Assembly (NCBI GenBank): GCA_007376725.1
Contig: VMGT01000004.1
Coordinates: forward strand, 1 to 51,976
Origin: Parcubacteria group bacterium Greene1014_15
GTDB lineage: Bacteria > Patescibacteriota > Minisyncoccia > Phycocordibacterales > VMGT01
Reading direction: 5' to 3'
Length of the DNA: 51,976 nucleotides
The notes under the pieces were generated by a model, which ran no database searches, had not been told where the DNA came from, and saw only the letters and a list, made by a program, of their open reading frames with translations. Shown in pieces: positions 10,752-20,100 of the stretch; the first letter of the stretch is position 1; each line of letters opens with the position of its first letter. Both the position numbers and the translations under genes were made by a program.

Positions 10752-11057
10752 TTATTTCCGTTTACTTTTCCACACACCCGGCTCGTCATAGCGAAGCTCT
10801 CCTCGTTCGAAGAGAACTCCTGCCTTAGGCACAACGTTCTGCACTCCTTCCGCTCGCTTCATCCGCGTATGAAACCTCCAGAAAAGAACCCATGAAAGAA
10901 TAAAAGAAAATGCAAGGGTTATGAGAATATATCTGCGGTCTGTGTCAAAATAGCGATCAAGAAACAGCCCCGCAAAAAATCCTCCAAACGCGGGTATGCC
11001 GAAGATACCAGCGATCTTCACCATAAGCCACACAAGTTGCGAATGATAGTCCTTCAT
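10752..11057 (-). CDS. AtpZ/AtpI (ATPase gene 1) family membrane protein
   Basis: Two TMs flanking GLFLDRYFDT (G..LD..F.T motif); first gene of the atp operon. Confidence 0.8.
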   Translation of the reverse strand: MKDYHSQLVWLMVKIAGIFGIPAFGGFFAGLFLDRYFDTDRRYILITLAFSFILSWVLFWRFHTRMKRAEGVQNVVPKAGVLFERGELRYDEPGVWKSKRK

Positions 11058-11241
11058 AAGCTACAAAAAATCTGCGCCGACCGCGAGGCCTTGCAGTATG
11101 TCAAAACAATACTTGAAAATCAAAAATAAATCAACTTTTCACCCGTTTTCATTAAGATGTCAATATATCCTGCTCAATTGTGCCGTGCTATTTTTAGTGC
11201 AGAAGCACACAGTCAACAGACACATCAGAATGGAGAGCGCC

Positions 11242-12000
11242 ATGCGTATGAAAGAAAAAACTATAGCTTTTTTGCAGCCCTATGCGAAAGAACTGCTTCT
11301 GCATCAGATGGTAGTGATTCCTTTTTCAATAAAAAGTATTCACTGTTTTGAACAAACCGCGCAGCAATTCGAACAGCTCCTCCTCTCTGAATCTCGCAGA
11401 TACATACGATCATGGGAACTAAAGCTCCGAGATGACGATGAGGCAGATGACGGCATTATCGTGCGAAAAGACAAGAAACACGACCCAAAAACATTCTTTC
11501 ACTTTCGACCGGGGCTTACAGAAGAACTGACAAGACGCAACGTGAATTTCGCGCGATATCATTCATTTCTTGAACATGCCTCCGGCGACTATTACACGTG
11601 CAATGAACATATGCTTGCACTTGCGGCAGCTCTCGATCGCGAAGCTCCCGGTTTCTATTTCCATGAAAAATTACTGGCATCAGAAATACCAAGAAGGGGG
11701 GTGTACCGGATCCTCTGGTATCCCAGCATCGGTAAGAAACTTGGAGCAATTCTCGCCCAAGAACATACCGATAAATCCTGCATTACCTATCACCTGTGGG
11801 ATCGTACAGCCGGACTCCGCTATGGAGAAGACAAAGTGCAGTATCTCGCAGAACCCGGCACTGTTTTAGTTTTTTGGGGAAAGAAAGCCCCGATCCTTAC
11901 AAATGGTCTTGCACAGCCATTGCTCCATGATGTCGTGAATTGCGTTCAAGCCGAGAATGCCCGCATGGCATCCATTTTTTTCGGACATACGGCGCCATAA
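11242..12000 (+). CDS. 2OG-Fe(II) oxygenase, IPNS-like
   Basis: RILWYP, HTD, distal H (LLHDV), RMAS motif; start inferred from GGAGAG SD (alternatives 11230, 11248). Confidence 0.85.
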   Translation: MRMKEKTIAFLQPYAKELLLHQMVVIPFSIKSIHCFEQTAQQFEQLLLSESRRYIRSWELKLRDDDEADDGIIVRKDKKHDPKTFFHFRPGLTEELTRRNVNFARYHSFLEHASGDYYTCNEHMLALAAALDREAPGFYFHEKLLASEIPRRGVYRILWYPSIGKKLGAILAQEHTDKSCITYHLWDRTAGLRYGEDKVQYLAEPGTVLVFWGKKAPILTNGLAQPLLHDVVNCVQAENARMASIFFGHTAP

Positions 12001-12004
12001 CCAC

Positions 12005-12041
12005 ACTACAGCCCTGCGTTCACCGAACGCAGGGCTGTAGT
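12005..12041. terminator. Long hairpin between convergent genes
   Basis: 17-bp perfect stem ACTACAGCCCTGCGTTC/GAACGCAGGGCTGTAGT. Confidence 0.75.
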
Positions 12042-12047
12042 TACTAT

Positions 12048-12434
12048 CTATGGAACCAGCGGCAAACCAGCTCGGACTCGAGCTAATGCCCTATCACCAT
12101 CAGAACCAATCGGGAGTTTCGCTTCCAAATACAGTGCAAACAAATTGTTATCATGGCGCATTTTTTTTGTACTATCGTGAAGCGTTTTTCCCGAAAGACA
12201 CGCAGCAGTCTGTCTGTCGGGATAATACAATAATTCAACAATGGGTTCATTATTAAAAAGAAGTTGCGCAACCGGAAAGCGTTCGATCAAAACCCAAAAC
12301 TCAAGTTCAAGCTTTCCGATTCGTTTGTGCTGTTCTTCCTGCATCCAAGTGACACAGTCATAATGAAAAAATGGAAATCCTTTGATCTTCCAAGCTTTTC
12401 CCGCGACTGTTACATTCGCTATAATCTTCTCCAT
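12048..12434 (-). CDS. Hypothetical protein
   Basis: AGGAG SD before ATG 12434 (MEKIIANV); ends at the hairpin. Confidence 0.65.
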   Translation of the reverse strand: MEKIIANVTVAGKAWKIKGFPFFHYDCVTWMQEEQHKRIGKLELEFWVLIERFPVAQLLFNNEPIVELLYYPDRQTAACLSGKTLHDSTKKMRHDNNLFALYLEAKLPIGSDGDRALARVRAGLPLVP

Positions 12435-12542
12435 CTGTACGCTCCTATGAGGGTTTGTTCGTATGTGTTTCCATTGCCATAGTAGCACGACAGCCTCATT
12501 GCGCAATGCATCTTCAACAAGACCCGCACAAACAGCTCTTTT

Positions 12543-12618
12543 CGTCTTTGCGAGCGCTATGCGCGAAGCAATCCAGACTTATTCTTACTAGATTGCTTCG
12601 GAGTACCTCGCAAAGACG
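12543..12618. repeat. REP-like palindrome family A, copy 2
   Basis: CGTCTTTGCGAG..CGAAGCAATCCAG...CTAGATTGCTTCG..CTCGCAAAGACG. Confidence 0.85.
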
Positions 12619-12701
12619 CCCACATACATAGGTTCTATCAACCTCTCTTTTCAATAGCTATACTTTCAGTAACGTTTCGCATCCTATGTACCACACTAAA
12701 A

Positions 12702-14534
12702 CTATGGTGACGTCAGATCATAACATGCCCCAGTGGTACTGCCATCGCACGACAGGTCATCCTCTCCTGAAAAACCTCTGGTATATCCAGCTTTCGCTGA
12801 ATCGAAATCTGCATCCACACTCAATCCACCATCATCCAAAGGAACAGTTGCACCAAGATGATACGCAGAACCATCGGGCAGAACAGCATAAGCATATTCG
12901 GCTCCGCTTATAGGATCAGTTAATATGTTTGCAAAATAGATTGTAGCAAGTTCATTGAGGCTCTGCGGATATTTTTTATTGTCTTCCTTGTACGACTCAA
13001 GGGCGATCTGAATATCAGGAAGAAGCGGCTCGTTCTGCGCTGCTTCTTCCATCACCGAACCCAACCCAAGAGATGAAATAACGTCCTCTGCCGGAACAAA
13101 TTTTGTCGGCGCCGTCACGACAATGGGCTTATTCCAATTATTAAAATCAATCTGTAATTTGAGATGAAACACAGACCCAGATGGCTCCTGTATCGTGAGT
13201 GTAATCTCACTCCGATACGGTAGAAAATCATCGGTGCCGATCCAAATATCTCCGCTCATTTCTTGCAGAGCATCAATCGTGGACTTGATTGACTCGCTCG
13301 CCTCTTTCTGTGAAGGAGGAGTGATGCCGGGTGTTTTCTTGTCCATACCTTCCTCATACGCAACGGCAAGGAGCCCGTCGAGAAACTGCGCGAGTCCACC
13401 TTTGTCTACGTCAAGTTTGTAGTGATACACAGCGCCTCCCGTGGCTATCGTTTCTTTGCCGCGACCAGTCATGGTAAAAAGATGTGCATTCTTAAACAGT
13501 GAGACAATCTTTTCTTTCGCCTGCGCCGAAATCTCTTGACGTTTTTCTCCTGTCATCTTTTCATCCGCATCACTCGAAGCGGCATCCTCGAGCGCTCCCA
13601 AAGAAGCAAGGTCAAACTTCATCCATTCTTCCTCAAGTTTTTTATACTCCGGAGCAAGTTGCGAGATATTGTCGAATTTCACGTAGTTTGCATTATTGGT
13701 CATTCGAGCATCCATGCCAATCTCAAACTCCTTACCATTGGCGGATCCATGCAGCACACCCTCAAATGACCTTTTCCTTTTCATGGGATCACTCCCATCA
13801 AAGCCGCCCGATACTGAAAATTTCGCTTGTATGCTTTGACGTTTTTCTCCAAAAGAAAGTTCTTTCGTATTCTGAACAAACAAAAGCGGTTCAACAAGAG
13901 CATACACCGCAGTTGAAAGCCCAAAACTTTGTTCTGTTTTTCCTTCCTCAAATGAGAATTCAATCGTACCGCTATAGGTTCCTGACGTTACAGATTCAAG
14001 TGCTATTGCCATATTTTCAAATACTTCTCTCCGAGTCAGGGTCGGTTCGATAAATGACCAGTACGCAAACGCGCCGCCACCAATAATAAATGAAGCGATA
14101 ATAATCGCTACTGCAGGAAATTTTGTGGAGTGACGACGAGCGGCAGATATTTGCTCTGCGCGCAAAACTGGCACGTCACTTGCCGAAGCACTCGTCTCGG
14201 GAATGGGCATGCTCTTTTGCTCGACAGGAGGAACAAGCACAGGCACATTTGCAGAAGTTTCCTCGAGAGACTCTGTGCTCGGCGCCACAAATGCTGCGAC
14301 TGGACTGCTTCCAAGAAGACTCGCATCCCATGCAGTATCGAGAGCTCCCGTTGCAATAGACGTCTTCGTCTCGTGCAATGCTTTGTTGTCATTTGATACT
14401 GAACCGATATTTTTCCACGCTTTTTCTACATCCTCTTCAGAAACTCCACTTGACACAAGCGCATCCTTGATCGCCTCTGGCGACGCATCAGCAGAATGCT
14501 TTTGAATGAACGCAATTATTTCTTCCTGATTCAT
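12702..14534 (-). CDS. Single-pass membrane protein with LolA/LppX-like domain and C-terminal GspG/pilin-like head
   Basis: TM AVAIIIASFIIGGGAFAYW; DFNNWNKPIVVTAP; IQIALESYKEDNKKYPQSLNEL...TDP...YAY. Confidence 0.65.
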   Translation of the reverse strand: MNQEEIIAFIQKHSADASPEAIKDALVSSGVSEEDVEKAWKNIGSVSNDNKALHETKTSIATGALDTAWDASLLGSSPVAAFVAPSTESLEETSANVPVLVPPVEQKSMPIPETSASASDVPVLRAEQISAARRHSTKFPAVAIIIASFIIGGGAFAYWSFIEPTLTRREVFENMAIALESVTSGTYSGTIEFSFEEGKTEQSFGLSTAVYALVEPLLFVQNTKELSFGEKRQSIQAKFSVSGGFDGSDPMKRKRSFEGVLHGSANGKEFEIGMDARMTNNANYVKFDNISQLAPEYKKLEEEWMKFDLASLGALEDAASSDADEKMTGEKRQEISAQAKEKIVSLFKNAHLFTMTGRGKETIATGGAVYHYKLDVDKGGLAQFLDGLLAVAYEEGMDKKTPGITPPSQKEASESIKSTIDALQEMSGDIWIGTDDFLPYRSEITLTIQEPSGSVFHLKLQIDFNNWNKPIVVTAPTKFVPAEDVISSLGLGSVMEEAAQNEPLLPDIQIALESYKEDNKKYPQSLNELATIYFANILTDPISGAEYAYAVLPDGSAYHLGATVPLDDGGLSVDADFDSAKAGYTRGFSGEDDLSCDGSTTGACYDLTSP

Positions 14535-14539
14535 GATCG

Positions 14540-14687
14540 TTAGAACCTATCCACTATCTAATGCCTAGACGAAATGTTCAAAATTCGTTGCGAAAATTGC
14601 GTATTTTGAGGAAGCATGAGGGGAAGCTGACGAAAAAGAGTGATATTTTGCTTCATATTTTGCGGTTAGATAGTGGATAGGTTCTTA
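14540..14687 (+). mobile_element. MITE-like palindrome family B, copy 2 (internal deletion)
   Basis: Perfect 20-bp IR 14542-14561/14666-14685; TTA direct repeats; nearly identical to the reverse complement of the 21605 copy minus about 39 nt. Confidence 0.85.
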
Positions 14688-14766
14688 CATACAGTATACG
14701 CCACAATGCTAGACCAGAGAGACTGCGGCAGTGGATATCTCCGCAAGATGTTGTTAGTATGTACAG

Positions 14767-16077
14767 ATGACACGAAAAGAAGTAGAAAAATTATCCACAG
14801 AGCCATATAAAGGTGTTCGTGATTTTTATCCCGAAGAAATGTCGGTGCAAAATCACATTTGGAATGTGGCACGCGAAGTCGTTGAACGCTACGGGTATGA
14901 AGAATACTCCGCGTCTCTTCTTGAACCGAGCGAACTCTACTATGCAAAAACGGGTGAAGAAATTGTGAATGAGCAAACATACACTTTTACCGATCGAGGT
15001 GGACGCGACGTAACGCTCCGGCCGGAAATGACACCGACGGTCGCACGCTTGGTTGCGGCAAAGAGACGCGAACTCGCCTTTCCTCTTCGCTGGTACTCTA
15101 TTCCCAATCTTTTCAGATATGAACGGCCGCAGCGCGGGCGCCTGCGCGAGCACTGGCAGCTTAATGTCGATCTCTTTGGCGCAGACACCATCGAAGCTGA
15201 TGCTGAAATAATCACGATTGTGCATGCTATTTTGCAGAAGTACGGACTTGCGTCGGAGCACTACAGCATCAGCGTGAGTTACGCAGGCATGCTCAAAGAA
15301 ACACTCGAGCGCGAATATACTCTTGCCGAAGAAGAAGCTGTTCGTGTCATCAAACTGCTTGATAAGTTCGTTAAGGGCGATGAAGTTCATCTTATGGGAG
15401 ATGAATTCAAAAAAGCGCTTGAGGAAAATATGAAAAACGAGAAAGCAAATGTGCTCTACGAAGTGCTCCAAACAAAACAATTTGCCGATACTTTAGGCAA
15501 ACACGCGGAACATGCATATATGGCGGAGCTTGTTGCTCTTCTGCAAAGTGAGGGGATACCGGCACAAACAAATATCTTTCTCACACGCGGGTTCGATTAT
15601 TATACGGGAATGATATTCGAAGTATTTGACACAAATCCCTCAAACAACCGTTCTCTTTTTGGCGGTGGGCGTTACAATGACCTGCTTTCCATCTTCGGTG
15701 TGGAAAAAGTTTCCGCCGTCGGCTTCGGCATGGGTGATGTTACAATTCGCGACGTCCTTGAAACATACAACCTCATACCAAAGCATCTTCCAAAAACAAA
15801 ACTGCTCATCATTCCCCATTCGAGCGAATCAATTCCCGCATGTAAAAAATTGGCAGCCAAGTTGCGTAGCGAAGAAATCTGCGTCGCTCTCCAACTCTTG
15901 GATAAAAAAACGGGCGACAATTTCAAATATGCAGAGAAGCATGGCATCCCATTTGCTCTCATTGTCGGTGAAAACGAGCAAGCGTTAGGAAACTACACTA
16001 TCAAAAATATAACAACACAGGATCAAACAACGCTTCGTCAAGAAGAAATACCCCCTTGGATCAAAGCACAAATATGA
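14767..16077 (+). CDS. hisS: Histidine--tRNA ligase
   Basis: LRPEMT, FRYERPQRGRLREH, RGFDYYTG, GGGRYN. Confidence 0.98.
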   Translation: MTRKEVEKLSTEPYKGVRDFYPEEMSVQNHIWNVAREVVERYGYEEYSASLLEPSELYYAKTGEEIVNEQTYTFTDRGGRDVTLRPEMTPTVARLVAAKRRELAFPLRWYSIPNLFRYERPQRGRLREHWQLNVDLFGADTIEADAEIITIVHAILQKYGLASEHYSISVSYAGMLKETLEREYTLAEEEAVRVIKLLDKFVKGDEVHLMGDEFKKALEENMKNEKANVLYEVLQTKQFADTLGKHAEHAYMAELVALLQSEGIPAQTNIFLTRGFDYYTGMIFEVFDTNPSNNRSLFGGGRYNDLLSIFGVEKVSAVGFGMGDVTIRDVLETYNLIPKHLPKTKLLIIPHSSESIPACKKLAAKLRSEEICVALQLLDKKTGDNFKYAEKHGIPFALIVGENEQALGNYTIKNITTQDQTTLRQEEIPPWIKAQI

Positions 16078-16256
16078 TAGACCTCTTCGGAAAATCATTT
16101 CGTTACGAAATTTTTGGTTTTCGAGCGAGACAAGGAATGCGAGCAAAATGATTCGACGACGTACTGGTTGTACGGCGAGAATCATTTTGCGAAGCATGAC
16201 GAAGTCGTAGCCGAAAACCAAAAATTGTAGTAGAAATGACTTTCCGAAGAGGTCTA
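16078..16256 (+). repeat. Long palindromic element C, RPE-1-like
   Basis: TAGACCTCTTCGGAAA/TTTCCGAAGAGGTCTA IR; continuous imperfect rod; starts right after the hisS stop. Confidence 0.85.
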
Positions 16257-16278
16257 ATAGAGTAATCATCAAAAAACT

Positions 16279-17043
16279 ATGAACGATAATCAAAATTACA
16301 ACGCAGCAGAATATGCATATAAACCGGAGCCGCGCAAAAGAAGTTTCGTAATTCCAATTGCCATTGTTATTGCAGGTCTTTTTGTTGGCGGTGCTCTTTT
16401 TTTTAGCCGTGGTGGATTTGGCGGACAGAGCGCAGCTGTAGGAGTAACGGGAAATACTCCTTCCACAACAGCAACCGTGCCCCCAGTAAGTAGTAATGAC
16501 CACATCCTCGGAAATCCAAACGCGCCAATCGTTATTGTTGAGTATTCGGATACAGAATGCCCATTTTGCAAAACTTTCCACGAAACCATGCACAAGATCA
16601 TAAATGAGTACGGCACAAGCGGCAAAGTTGCTTGGGTGTATCGCCATTTCCCTCTTGATGTTCTGCATAAGAAAGCACGCAAAGAGGCAGAGGCAACGGA
16701 GTGCGCATTCGACCAGGGCGGCAATAATGCTTTCTGGAAATATATTGATTTGATCTTCAAAAAAACTCCTTCAAATGACGGACTCGATCTCTCTCTACTG
16801 CCAAAATTCGCAGAAGACATCCATCTCGACAAATCTTCTTTTGAGTCTTGTCTTCTAAGCGGTCGGCATACTGCGAAAATCGCGGGGGCATTTGATGAGG
16901 CCATCGCAGCGGGTGCAAGTGGAACTCCCACAAGTTTTCTCTTCTTCAATGGCCAGAGCATACCTGTTGAAGGAGCGCAGTCTTTTGCGTCTGTTACAAC
17001 ACTTATTGAAGGCATCCTCGCACAGATTAAACCCTCCATATAG
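16279..17043 (+). CDS. DsbA-family membrane-anchored thiol-disulfide oxidoreductase
   Basis: EYSDTECPFC, YRHFPL, GTP cis-Pro loop, N-terminal TM. Confidence 0.93.
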   Translation: MNDNQNYNAAEYAYKPEPRKRSFVIPIAIVIAGLFVGGALFFSRGGFGGQSAAVGVTGNTPSTTATVPPVSSNDHILGNPNAPIVIVEYSDTECPFCKTFHETMHKIINEYGTSGKVAWVYRHFPLDVLHKKARKEAEATECAFDQGGNNAFWKYIDLIFKKTPSNDGLDLSLLPKFAEDIHLDKSSFESCLLSGRHTAKIAGAFDEAIAAGASGTPTSFLFFNGQSIPVEGAQSFASVTTLIEGILAQIKPSI

Positions 17044-17196
17044 AAGCATCCACAAAATACTGCTTAAAAAATCCTGCAGTTTTGCAAAGGGGTTGTTTTT
17101 GGACTAAAAAGACTTATAGTTACGACAGAAAAACAACTATAGGATAGGTCTTTGATACGCACAAATCACAAGTGTAGTGCACATTGAGGAGAATCT

Positions 17197-20100
17197 ATGA
17201 TTCGCCTATATTCTCAAAGAAATATCGGGAGCCGCGAGCACGAGAAAGCGGCAGACTTTTTTGCAAGCGTGGGACGGAAAAATATAAAACTCGTTTCAGA
17301 ATGGTGTTACTACATAGAATCAAGCACGTCGTTTTCTTCGCATGATATTGAAATTCTCACGTGGCTTTTTAAATCACATGAAAATTTCGCTGTTCGCACC
17401 TTTTCGGTAATTTCTTCATCAGCCGTAATTGAAATCGGGTCTCGACAAAGCTTCGAAACAGCATGGTCGAGCGCCGCAGTTTCTATCACTTCCGCATGCG
17501 GAATTGCAAACATCACACGCATTGAGCGCTCGCGGCGCTACAATGTCGCACATGAACTCACCAAACAGCAAGAAGAATTGTTCGTTAGTATATTTGCCGA
17601 TGCCATGACCGAGGAACGCTATCGTGCACCACTCACCTCATTCTCCAATAAACACGCACGTAAGGTGAACGAAATCTTCCCACTTACCAAAGAAACCTAT
17701 TTCGAATCTCTTGCAGAGCTTTCAAAAAATGAGGGTCTTGGCTGGGACAGAGATGACATTGAGTTTATCGGAAATCTTTTTGTCCATACACTTCGTAGAA
17801 ATCCTTCAAAGGCAGAACTCTTCCAGATCGCACAGGCAAACTCGGAACACTCGAGGCATTGGTTTTTTAAGGGCCGTCTCTCTATTGATGGAAAGGAAAT
17901 GGATGAAAGCCTCATGGAGATAGTTCAAACTCCATGGAAAAAGTTTCCGAACAATTCTCTCATTGCATTTTGCGACGACTCGTCGGCTTTGCGCGGAAAA
18001 AAGGTTGCATCAATAATTCCCCAATACGCCGACAAAAAATCTCCGTATATACCCGTGCGGCGCACGCTTCATCCGACGCTCACCGCAGAAACACATAATT
18101 TTCCAACAGGCATCGCCCCCTATCCCGGCGCCGCAACAGGCACGGGTGGGCGCATTCGCGACAACGAAGCTGTCGGTCGTGGCGGACATGTTATCGCAAG
18201 CGCTGCCGCCTACTGTGTCGGCAATCTTCATATTCCTGGGTATACCTTGCCGTGGGAAAACGATGGCTGGCAACATCCCAAAAACCTCGCCTCGCCGCTC
18301 TCGATACTCATACAAGCGAGCAACGGGGCATCCGACTACGGTAATTGTTTTGGCGAACCTGTTATTGCAGGCTTCGTCAGAACTGGAGGGATATATTCCA
18401 CAACAGAGTACAGAAGTTGGCTTAAACCGATCATGTACACAGCCGGGATTGGCCAGATAGACGACCAACACATCCACGCGGAATCTCCTATGAGAAACAT
18501 GTTACTCATTTTACTTGGAGGTCCTTCGTACCGCATCGGCATCGGCGGGGGTTCCGCAAGCTCGATTTCCACGGAAGCAGCACGAGACTCCCTCGACTTT
18601 AGAGCAGTGCAACGCGGCAACCCGGAAATGGGACAACGTCTCAATCGTGTTATTCGGTCATGTATTGAAATGGCCGAAAATAATCCACTCAAAAAAATTG
18701 TTGATCTCGGAGCGGGCGGCGCTTGCAACGCGCTCACGGAATTACTCTATTCGAGCGGCGGAAAGATCAATCTTGACGCATTTCCTCTCGGCGATAAATC
18801 GCTCTCAATACTTGAACTTTGGATTAACGAGTCGCAAGAAAGGATTGCCGCGCTCATACATCCGTACTCGTATCAACAGATCCTCTCGATCTGCAAACGT
18901 GAACGTGTGATGATTGCCCTTGTCGGTATAGTAACAAAGAGCGGTGAAATTCACGTTACGTACGAAAAAGGAGCAAAAACTGCGGTTCGATTACCCCTTG
19001 AGCATATTCTAGGAAATTTACCCCAAAAAACATTTCACCTAAAAAGCACGGCAAAAAACCACAGACCGTTCAGTGCGCCGAAAGATTTTTCTTTTCGCAA
19101 CGCCCTTCTGCACGTTCTGCGCTTGCCTTCTGTCGGATCCAAGCGATTCCTCACGACAAAGGTTGACCGAAGCGTTACCGGTCTTGTCGCACGTCAACAA
19201 TGTATTGGACCAAACCATCTTCCTCTCTCGGATTTCGGTTTGGTAGCTCAAAGTCACTTTGCACAATCAGGTATTGCATTTGCTCTTGGCGAGGCGCCTC
19301 TCAAGGGCCTCATTTCGGCAGCTGCATGCGCGCGTATGGCTGTTTCTGAAATGCTCCTTAATATGGCAGGCGCACGCATCGGGAACATTGAGAGTATTAA
19401 ATGCTCTGCAAACTGGATGCTCGCCGCAAAAGAAACCGACGGCGACGGAGCCTGGCTCCACGAAGCAGTATGTGCCCTCCGTGATATCTGCATCGCACTC
19501 GGTATCGCAATTGATGGCGGCAAAGATTCGCTTTCCATGGCTTCGAATGCAATAAACCCCGATGGAAAAGAAGAAAAAGTTCTTGCTCCTTCGCAACTTG
19601 TTGTTGCAGGATACGCTCCGGTGCCGAATATCAAAACACACATAACACCTGACATTAAAAGAAGGGGTTCACATCTCATTCTCATCGACCCAAGTGAGGG
19701 CAGTAATCGCATCGGTGGGTCGGCACTTGCCCAAATATCCGGACAAACCGGTGACACTTGTCCTGACATCGATGATCCCAAAGCTCTCGCTTCGGCATTC
19801 AAGATAGCGGGAATCCTCGCAGACAAAGGACTCGTGCTTTCAATGCATGATCGCTCGGATGGAGGACTCATTACTGCGGCTCTTGAGATGGCTTTTGCGG
19901 GAAATACGGGACTGACACTTTCGCTCTGTGGCGAAGGGGATCCAATTCACGAATTCTTCTCCGAAGAAGCGGGGCTGCTCATTGAGACAAGTGATATTAA
20001 CGCCGTTTGGAGCGCGCTCATCGATCACAAATCTGCATGCGACATCAAAGTCATTGGAAAAATTCCTGATGGAACTGAAGTCAAGGTAGTATGGAATAAC

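Noticed and set aside
10752-10860. AtpZ tail (GVQNVV) as an atpB remnant
   Set aside because: Match is only a few residues, with no hydrophobic continuation seen
14791-17039. Long antisense ORFs (14791-15480, 15985-16668, 16296-17039) and similar ones over atp, rpo and dnaG
   Set aside because: Shadows of well-supported genes, with no recognisable motifs
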